From Octopus sinensis (taxonomy: Eukaryota), in assembly GCF_006345805.1 (NCBI RefSeq), contig NC_043000.1, positions 49,724,001-49,788,000 of the forward strand: a stretch of DNA of 64,000 nucleotides, given 5' to 3'. The stretch's first letter is position 1. Every line of letters begins with the position of its first letter. Made by a program: the position numbers and the translations under genes. Below, piece after piece: positions 54,421-64,000 of the stretch. The notes under the pieces are model-generated. The model was not told the DNA's origin. It made no database searches and worked only from the letters and a program-made list of their open reading frames with translations.

Positions 54421-56410
54421 ACAAAAGAAACCATTATGATTAATAAAACAAATTCCATAACCACACAATCATGTCTACTTCTAGTATGGAGAAATAAAAA
54501 TCAACAAACCTGATTAATTCTTATTTTAATACAAATCATGTTTAGGTAAAAAAACAAATGAAATTGAAACAACAGGATTCAGGGATAGCAGACTTCCAAT
54601 TATTTATTTAAAATTATTTATTTGTATATTTACTTTGCTATGCATTATAATTTTTAATAATCACAAATCAAACCAAAAGTTGAACATGATGTGAGGCAGG
54701 AATTACTAAACATTTAATTGAAGCTAAAGAAATAGAAAATTGTATATTCTTTGACACATAACAGAATACTTTTACCCTTTTCATACCAATGCACCTGAGA
54801 CCCCACTCTGGTTCTTTGATACAAACCTGCTTGCTTTAAGGAGTTCATTATAATTTTATGTTAGAATATTTTGTTATATTCTAAACACTAGCTTAATTGA
54901 GAAATAAATCTAAAAGTTAGTTATTTCATTAAATGCAACTCAATTCTCGATCGATTTCAAAGGCAGCACATTTACTAGAATTATGAACACAAATAGGTTT
55001 AGGAAATTACTCAAGAAACAAAATGAAAGCAAGCAAAATTAAATAAGGTAATATTACTCATAATATTAATGAGTTTAATATTTGTATATATCAATGTATA
55101 CAGCTGTTTATTTAATACCAAAAAATTAAGGATGTTTTAATTAGTTATAGTCTTTGAATTTTAACCTCTTTTATTACTAGATATTCCAGTTTTATAGACA
55201 TTTAAAATTAGTAATGAATGGCAATGTTTCATAAGATCTCTAGTTTTGAACTCTCTTTGTCTCTCTCTCTTTTTCACTTTCTGTGATGACTTTCTGCTCT
55301 CTTTTGCTCTCTTTCTGAAGACACCTTGTGTGAATTTCTATATACCACATATGGAACATTTCAAGACAATCTTATACAAAGTTGCTACCTTGAAGGGTTT
55401 CATGCATTAACTTAATATATTGTTAGTTTTCTGTCAGTTCAGTTTAGCAAAAGTAAAAGCTTCATCCCTTGGAATTCATAACTCAATCAATGTTCTAACT
55501 GTTACCACCATTGATTTTATTAACACCCCTTAATTAATCAAATATGAATTCTAATTGTTTCCCTAGTCCTCCAAATATGTTACCAACAATTCTCAGTCCA
55601 GGTTTTATAGCATTTAGCAGATAAGAGCTAAATGTATTTCTAAAAGAGAGATATCAGTGTAGCATTTCTCAATAATCTCATAATTATTCCCAGTCGCACA
55701 TAAAATTAAATGTACTTCTCGTATAAATATCTACATAAAGGTTAAATCATTGGTCATTTCCCCACCCACCCTTTCCACATAATTGCATCAGTTTCCAAGA
55801 ATCACTATCTAGGACAGATTTCCCAAGTGTGTGCTTTTTCTCTATTAAAAGACAAAACAAACAAAAACAAAAAGCTTAGTAATTCAAATGAGACTTCATT
55901 AAGCTCATTATGTGCTCTTGTTCTCAGCAGCTTCCATCACTTAAAAACGTCTTTCTGTGCCCTTGTTTGTACCTTTCCTAAAACTTACCTTTGAAGTTAA
56001 TTTACTGATAAAATCTAATTAAATTTTTACTACTGAAATATTGCTACTTCTTTACTAATTCTGCTTCAAAGAGGATATATCAGTGATTGTAGCCCCAGGC
56101 CAGCCCTAGCTGAATAAAGTAATATCAAAAGTATTTTAGTCAAGACATCATCATCTTCATTTTCATCATCATCATTTAACGTCCGTTTTCCAAGCTGGCA
56201 TGGTTTGGACGATTTGACCGGAGTTGGAGAGCTGTACCATGTTCCAGTTTGATTTAGCTTGGTTTCTATGGCTGAACACTCTTCCTAATGCCAACCACTT
56301 TACAGTGTGCATCGGGTGCTTTTAATGTGGCACCACATGAGTGCTTCTACATGGTGTGATCGCAAGTGCTTTTTTACATGGCACTGGCACAAAAGGGGGA
56401 GCAGCCTTAA

Positions 56411-57247
56411 CACTTCTACCGTGTAGGACGGGTGTGTATGACCATCTGAAATTTCTGTATATCTTGGACTACTTTGATTAATAAGACCATTTCTTTTATA
56501 AGATTGTAAGATATTATTTGAGGGAATTTGGTTGCTATTTCTAGCTGGTCAAACGACTACATTGAAGGTTCCTTTTATGCTACCATCAGCAACTGTAAAT
56601 GACAAAAAGCTAGTAATCATGGCATAAAGAGCAACAGGAAGACAAACAAACAGCATTTAGCTTGTCACATATATTTTTCTGCTCTTTCTCACATATCTTT
56701 GAGCTCATAGTTGCTGTTGATTTTGCATAGTTCTAGGTCAGCTGTGAATGGGCAAACTTACCTATAATCCCAGATATCCCAGTTGTGAACATCTTGTTGA
56801 TTTTTTTAGGGCTATTAAGAACTATATTATCAATTTTATCCTGCTCTTTCTCTAAGACTGTAGGGGGAAATTTGAGGGAGATTAAGTTATACCACATCAA
56901 GCAGTTTGAGCAACTGAGTACACTCAGTTGTTGATTCATTGTCAGATTACTGCATAATATGGTAGGCCAACAGCATCTACTGCACAGAACTAACTATTTA
57001 AGCAAGTCAGTTGGGCATTTTACTCTATAACTCATAAAGGAAAGCAGTAGAGCTTAGTTTTATATTCTCTACACTCTAATGAAGTAGTAAATTAGTTTAA
57101 TTCAAAGTGATCATACAAAACTGTTTTTAGTTTAACATTCTTTTTTTCTTCTTTAATGATAAGTGAACATCAATGCAATGATTTCTTCATTAAAAGAGTA
57201 ATTTTTAAGGTGTGATTATTGACAGAATCAAGATACATCACACACAC

Positions 57248-57296
<49 letters not shown>

Positions 57297-57989
57297 CGTT
57301 TATATATTTGTTGTGTAAGATTTTTTATGTGAAGTCGTGTGTTGAAACAGATATTGTTATATTTCGGAATGGTCATTTTGTCAGTAAAAACACACGCAAT
57401 ATATATTTGGTGTTATTTTGCTTCAGTGTTGTTACAGAAGCTACACACATAATAGAAAATAAACCTAGCCTGAATAGGAAACTAGAATGGAACACTAGCA
57501 CACACCACAACATATGACGGTAGAGGATCCCAATAAGCTGGTTACAATATAAACAAAACCGAAAACATAATAAATAAAATACACAGATAAATAAACAAAT
57601 AGAAATAACTATATAAGTTTTTTTTTTATTTATTATTATTACTAGTATTGTTGTTATACATACATACAAGCATATGTAATGATAATAATAAGTGGATGTA
57701 AACACATGAACAAAATAAGAATAAACAAAAACAACAACAACAAAAACAAATTACATGTCTTCCTGTTGCTCTGTATGCCATGATTACTAGCTTTTTGTCA
57801 TTTACAGTTGCTGATGGTAGCATAAAAGGAACCTTCAATGTAGTCGTTTGACCAGCTAGAAATAGCAACCAAATTCCCTCAAATAATATCTTACAATCTT
57901 ATAAAAGAAATGGTCTTATTAATCAAAGTAGTCCAAGATATACAGAAATTTCAGATGGTCATACACACCCGTCCTACACGGTAGAAGTG
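56411..57989. repeat. Near-perfect 234-bp inverted repeat bounded by TTAA
   Basis: 56411-56644 versus 57756-57989 show one mismatch on manual comparison. TTAA at 56407-56410 and 57990-57993. Confidence 0.95.
56762..56857 (-). other. Candidate 96-nt exon (phase 1-1, open frame), unknown gene
   Basis: Acceptor cttaatctccctcaaatttccccctacag and donor ag|gtaagt. It encodes xLEKEQDKIDNIVLNSPKKINKMFTTGISGII, with no recognised homology. Confidence 0.3.
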
Positions 57990-57993
57990 TTAA

Positions 57994-58056
57994 GGCCGAC
58001 CAATGCCTTGTGAGTGGATTTGGTAGACGGAAACTGAAAGAAGCCTGTCGTATATA

Positions 58057-58098
<42 letters not shown>

Positions 58099-58318
58099 TG
58101 TGTGTCTGTGTTTGTCCCCTAGCATTGCTTGACAACCGATGCTGGTGTGCTTATGTCCCCTGTGACTTAGCGGTTCAGCAAAAAGAGACCAATAGAATAA
58201 GTACTGGGCTTACAAAAAGAATAAGTCCTGGGGTCGAGTTGCTCGACTAAAGGCGGTGCTCCAGCATGGCCACAGTCAAATGACTGAAACAAGTGAAAAA
58301 GTGAAAGAGTGAAAGAGT
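57994..58318 (+). mobile_element. SINE family A lacking its 5' ~110 bp
   Basis: Begins at ggccgaccaatgcc, directly after the inverted-repeat arm. Confidence 0.9.
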
Positions 58319-58485
58319 ATATAAACAGAAGATACAAATATTACAAGCATCCCCCCCACACACACACTAAATAAACATAGACGCACATAGAGATATAAGC
58401 ATGCGCAAATGAAGACATACAATAGAAATACAAAATGGCTGATGGTTAGTAAGGAGAGACACAAATAAGAAAGAAGAAAACAAAG

Positions 58486-58527
58486 GACCACTGATGCGGT
58501 CACAGGAGTGTGACGAAAGAACTCTGG
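58486..58527 (+). ncRNA. Hammerhead ribozyme relic (A9C), same family as 42427-42469
   Basis: GACCA CUGAUGC G[G]UCAC-AGGAGU-GUGAC GAAA GAAC UC UGG. Confidence 0.72.
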
Positions 58528-58673
58528 CTGAAATAAGATTAAGATTAATGTAAAAAATAAATAACACTGAAGCAAAATAACACCAAATATATAGTGCATG
58601 TGTTTTTATTGGCTAAACTGGCAAAATGCCCATTCCGAAATATAACAATAATATATATATATATATATTATAT

Positions 58674-59077
58674 AGGCGCAGGAGTGGCTGTGTGGTAAGT
58701 AGCTTGCTAACCAACCACATGGTTGCGGGTTCAGTCCCACTGCGTGGCATCTTGGGCAAGTGTCTTCTGCTATAGCCCCGGGCCGACCAATGCCTTGTGA
58801 GTGGATTTGGTAGACGGAAACTGAAAGAAGCCTGTCGTATATATATATATATATGTGTGTGTGTGTTTGTGTGTCTGTGTTTGTCCCCCTAGCATTGCTT
58901 GACAACCGATGCTGGTGTGTCTACGTCCCCGCCACTTAGCGGTTCGGCAAAAGAGACCGATAGAATAAGTACTGGGCTTACAAAGAATAAGTTCCGGGGT
59001 CGATTTGATCGACTAAAGGCGGTGCCCCAGCATGGCCGCAGTCAAATGACTGAAACAAGTAAATGAGAAATGAGAAT

Positions 59078-59080
<3 letters not shown>
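58674..59080 (+). mobile_element. SINE family A (young copy)
   Basis: Full-length, with many CpGs retained. Confidence 0.92.
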
Positions 59081-59121
<41 letters not shown>

Positions 59122-59387
59122 AATATTATTATTTCTAAGTCTCTCTACAGGAGACTACAGCAGTGGTACTGGATATTAACAGTTATTGCCAAGCTAATAT
59201 GGCAAGGGGAAGCGGCTGACCTCCCCTGTTCGAAGGTTATAATGGACACAGGTTCGTGTGTCATATAGCTAGATAGAGGCGATAGCCTCTTGGAGCTAAT
59301 CAACAGCAGCTTTAGTCCTATGTTTATGGACTGCCATATTAGCTCGGCGATAAGTGTTAATATATATATATATATATATACACATAT

Positions 59388-59778
59388 ACTCTTTACTCTT
59401 TTATTTGTTTCAGTCATTTGACTGTGGCCATGCTGGAGCACTGCTTTTAGTCGAGCAAATCAACCACAGAACTTATTCTTTGAAAGCCTAGTACTTATTC
59501 TATTGGTCTCTTTTGCTGAACCGCTAAGTTATGGTCATGTAAACACACCAGCATCGGTTGTCAAGCGATTTGGGGGAGACAGACACACAAAAATATACAT
59601 ATATATACATATGTACGATGGGCTTCTTTCAGTTTCCATCTACCAAATCCACTCACAAGGCATTGGTCGACCCAAGGCTATATTAGAAGACATTTGCCCA
59701 AGGTGCCACGCAGTATGACTGAACCCGGAACCATGTGGTTGGTAAACAAACTACTTACCACACAGCCACTCCTACACC

Positions 59779-59779
<1 letters not shown>
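59388..59779 (-). mobile_element. SINE family A
   Basis: Reverse-complement full-length match. Confidence 0.88.
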
Positions 59780-59815
<36 letters not shown>

Positions 59816-60175
59816 ATAGTAATAGCAATAGAAAGAGTAAAGAAATTGCCCAGAGTAGTAGTGTTTCCAATGTTTTGGATACAGCCATTTTTCAGGCTTA
59901 AAAATGACAGGTAGGAGGAAAAGAAAAACCAGTTGAATCTTGTATCTTCTTTGATTGAGTGGCTGCAAGTTATCTTAGCCTTGAAAGACAGATTTTGTCC
60001 AAAATATTTGAAACTCCACTCCCCACAGCAATTTCAATTTATTTTTCTGTCACTTTTTCCAAATAATACAAGTCTTGCCAATGTAGACTACCGTTAGATA
60101 TCTTTGCACTTTGTTCTGTCCCCGTCCAACCCATGCCAGCATGGAAAATGGACGTCAAAGAACGATGATGATGAT

Positions 60176-60234
<59 letters not shown>

Positions 60235-60287
60235 CACACGCATACACGCACATACATATATATACACACACACTGTATATATATATA

Positions 60288-60335
<48 letters not shown>

Positions 60336-60440
60336 AGGAATAATTAGAAACATTATGATTCAGATTATTCAGAATTCCCATTTCAATTTTCCACACACTT
60401 TGTGAAATAGAAGAAATTGCAAAATAAACTCTACCTGAAT

Positions 60441-60488
<48 letters not shown>

Positions 60489-61416
60489 ATATATATATAC
60501 AATGCACACACACACATACACACACTCTCTCTCTCTCTCTCTCCAGACCATGTCTGCAAAATTTAATCCTACCTCTTCTATCTGGTTCTTTTCCCCAAAG
60601 TCATTTTCTTACTTTTCAACATGATCATACCACCTAAGTTCTTTTTCCTTTTCTTTTCATTTCTTTTTTTCTTTTTTGTTGTTGCCTTCTCACAAACACA
60701 ACATTGCTGTCTTTATTCCAGCAGCTGTGCTTATTTAACTTTGTTGAACTCAGTTTATTCTACTGGTTTTAAGTTATATTTCTTAAATAGAGTTCATCCC
60801 CTCTAGAATTGGAAACTCTAAATTATTGTATCACCTGATGCCTGAAGAGATTGGCATTTATAGTGCAGACTGTTGCAACCTAATAGCTTTGTATTTCAGG
60901 CTATCTTTCAATATGGTGCAAACTGAGTTTAATTTAGTTAGTTGCAAAACCGAAGAAAAAGAGAAGACATAAAACAAAACAATAATAACAATAAAGATAA
61001 AGAAGTGAGACAAAACTATAAGAATCAAAGCACAAGGTAGAAAGTACAGCATATATCCTTATAGTAATAGTAAATCCAATTTTATCTAGCAGCAGACAAC
61101 AGAAAAATATCACATTTTCTACATATATGAATAAATAAAAGAAATCAATAAATAACTCTATGAAAATGAACGAAAATATTCTGTAAATATACCGACTTTA
61201 ATATTACTAAAACATGACTGAAAATTGTGACATCTTTTAATTTAGAACAAGTATTGTGTGTGTATGTCAGCATTTAAATGTACACACACATGTACACATA
61301 TACATATATTGCTAGCATGTACGTTACATATGTGCAGATTCTTAACTATAACACTATTCATACACACTTATATATACAGAAAAATTTTATACCCAATAGA
61401 GAAAATTACAGAAATT

Positions 61417-61451
<35 letters not shown>

Positions 61452-61741
61452 ATGTATATATATATGTATATATATGTATGTATATATATATGTATGTATA
61501 TGTATAAATTATAAGCATAGCATTGCAGACATTTATAAAAGTGTATATATATATATGCCAACTTGAAAACTTCAATTTTACACCTACATAGTTCAACTTT
61601 TGCATAAGGCTACGGCTTTTTAAGGAAACGATCAAAGGTTATATGAAAGGTTATATGATTTTTCTCATAATTTCCAGGAACCTAGGCTAGACACACTGGA
61701 TACTGCAACTAACATATAAGAGATAAATATAACAGATAAAT

Positions 61742-62188
61742 GTTTTCTAGTGGCTATGAGTTTTTTTTTTTACTCTTATTTCTAGCAATACATGTACTGA
61801 CTAGTGCCCTTTGTCACTTTAGTGGCATATATATTTCTGCCTTTAGGCTGTAAAATTGCAAAAAATCCACCCTTACGATTTATAATTTTCACTTTTACCA
61901 TTTATGATATCAGCCTATGATTTCTATAATAATCTCATAAACTGACAAGGTGAGTTGAGTATAATCCTAGGGGCTGGGTGAGTGCCACTGATGAGCATTA
62001 ATAAAATGCAAAATCATTGGTGATCTGGCTGTGCCTAGATGCTGAGGGAGCTTGCCTCCCTTGTCAAGCATTGAGATAAGTGCTTTCTAATGGCTATGAG
62101 TTGTTTTGACCCTTAATTCTAGCAATACATGTGCTGATGTATATATCTTTGCTTTTAGGTTGTAAAATTGCCAAAAAAATCACCCTTA
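61742..62188 (+). repeat. Tandem ~340-bp unit (about 1.3 copies) carrying the hammerhead; retrozyme- or pLTR-like
   Basis: tggctatgag at 61751 and 62091. Shared ctagcaatacatgt and tttaggYtgtaaaattgc..cacccttA segments. The second copy is cut by a Helitron. Confidence 0.75.
61984..62029 (+). ncRNA. Type-I hammerhead ribozyme, G12A
   Basis: GCCA CUGAUGA GCAUU-AAUAA-AAUGC AAA AUCA-UUGG-UGAU C UGGC. Stems I, II and III all pair perfectly, the triplet is AUC (C17=62025), and only G12 is changed. Confidence 0.88.
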
Positions 62189-62587
62189 TCTATATATATA
62201 ACGCTGAAGTTGTCTGTGTGTGTATGGCAGGTTTGGTAGCCTTCAACTAGCACTATCTCCTCCAAGACCCTGCGGCGCAAGTTGACCAAAATTGAGAGTA
62301 TGATAGAAGAAGGCTTGGTCTTTATTCCGTAGAAGAAAAAATTCAAATCGTACCATGTTAACACCAAAAGTTATTTATATCAAAAAGGTGCTTTACTTCT
62401 ATGAAAATCCCTATTTTTTACGATTTTTTTACTGCTGTGTCGCCATTTTTCAGTGTATTTCAACCAGAAAAAGGTTCTCTTAAAGATAATAACAAACTAC
62501 ATAATGCAAAATTTTTACTTTTCAAAAATTCCAATTCTAAAGGGTTGAAAAGAAAACAAACCGAGCAACGCTGGGCTATACTGCTAG
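62189..62587 (+). mobile_element. Non-autonomous Helitron
   Basis: 5' A|TCTATATATATAA and 3' CCGAGCAACGCTGGG-N8-CTAG|T, the same 3' end family as 30359-30664. Confidence 0.9.
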
Positions 62588-63755
62588 TTATTTATATATA
62601 TTTATATATATGATGACTTGCATATTTATTCTAAATACATTCTGGTAGATATGAACATGATTATGCTAATCACTTTAGTGTTTCCTCGTAGTACAATTCC
62701 TTTATGACAATTATGTGTTCTAAAGACTTGATTCATTAGTGCAAGGAATGCTGGGACAGCCAGTGATTTGACACTATTGTGTGTACATATATCATCATCA
62801 TCATCCTCAGTTAATGTCTGTTTTCTATGCTAGCATGGGTTGGATGATTTGACAGGAGCTATTCAGCTAAAGAGATAGCTGCCCAGGTTTCATGTCTGTT
62901 TTGGCAGGATTTCTATGGCTGGATTTCTACGGTCCTTACTCACACCAACCACTTTGTAGAGTGTAACTGGTTGCTTTTACACAGCTCCGGCACAGGTGCT
63001 CTTACTTGGCACTGCACCCACGAGCCTACAAGATTAGAAACACTCAGCTGAAGTGGGATGTAGGGAAGGTGGTCTGTTTGCAAAGACAACCACATATTTA
63101 CCTAATGTGATGTGTTTTCTCAAGCACAGCAGAGAAAACATATCAATGTATAAAAATATGTATGTGTATGTATACAAATACACACATATTTGTGTATGTG
63201 TGTGAGTTTAACTGTATTTATATGTGTACGGACATACAACTAATTATTATAAGTAATGGTAATAACAACAGTAATAGCAATCATAATATAACACATTTAG
63301 TATGTAATACACACACACTGACACACAGATACACATTCAAAACTTGTGCACTCTTGCAAACAGCCACATAGATACAAGTACAAGCATGGGCACACACCCA
63401 CAAATATTCACGCACATAGACATCTACCTATGTACATTCATGTATTGTGAGGTCAGAGGATGGGAAAAGATATGGTTCAATGTATATACAAACATTCATA
63501 TCCACATTCACACAAACACACACACTTACATAAAAACATGCACACGCTTATGTACATAAATGCACACAGACGCATACACACTCTCTATCAAAAACGTCAG
63601 TATTGAAATAAGATAAATAATTAAAATAGAGATGGTAGTCACAGAGTACAGATAAAGAATAAATCAGTGGTTTTAGGTGGGAAACAGGGTGCAAAATAGA
63701 CGGTCAATGATCATAACAATAACACTTATACAACCACTATAACCACTACTACAAA

Positions 63756-64000
63756 TCTTACTATAATGGATATTATGTCCATCTGTCTGTCCGTCTGTTT
63801 GTCTGTTCCCTCTTCATGGCCAGATCGCTGGACCAGTGGTTATGATATTTTGGGGGATTACAAAAAAATCAGAAAGTATGATTATTTCGTGGATATCAAT
63901 TTTTGAAGTGATAAACCACCTTCGCATTTTTATTAAAAATTCACCAAACACGAGTAACTCTGGATTTTTATCGTATAGTTTGTGGCCCCATCATAGATAC
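63756..64000 (+). mobile_element. Probable Helitron 5' part
   Basis: A|TCTTACTATAAT start followed by a (CTGT)n-like tract. The 3' end is outside the window. Confidence 0.45.

Larger units (their letters stand above)
57385..58610 (+). mobile_element. Penelope-like element 3' part with inverted 5' end, interrupted by later insertions
   Basis: 57385-57432 is an inverted copy of 58562-58610. TEATHIIENKPSLNRKLEW (GIY-YIG C-terminal signature) starts at about 57434. Hammerhead at 58486. Confidence 0.65.

Overview
AT-rich eukaryotic DNA dominated by (TA)n/(CA)n/(TACA)n microsatellites and interspersed repeats. From recall, the SINE and RTE families resemble those of Octopus; this is inference, as no search was run. 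No host protein-coding gene can be confidently called, and almost all ORF-track entries are microsatellite or repeat read-through; there are only weak candidate minus-strand exons at about 53.7 and 56.8 kb. Recognisable content: (i) a young, 5'-truncated RTE-clade LINE (32355-36870) with a C4HC3 PHD finger inside its reverse transcriptase and an 8-fold tandemly amplified 3' UTR, plus other RTE fragments; (ii) at least four tRNA-headed SINE families; (iii) two DD37D (maT-type) Tc1/mariner remnants, a hAT remnant, Helitron non-autonomous elements and MITE-like elements; (iv) many Penelope-like or retrozyme-like fragments, two with GIY-YIG C-termini. The most striking signal is about nine type-I hammerhead ribozyme relics of several families, some one mutation from consensus and mostly decayed by CpG transitions at catalytic G8/G12. 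There are also at least seven long inverted repeats, including a 234-bp pair with 233/234 identity that flanks a candidate exon.
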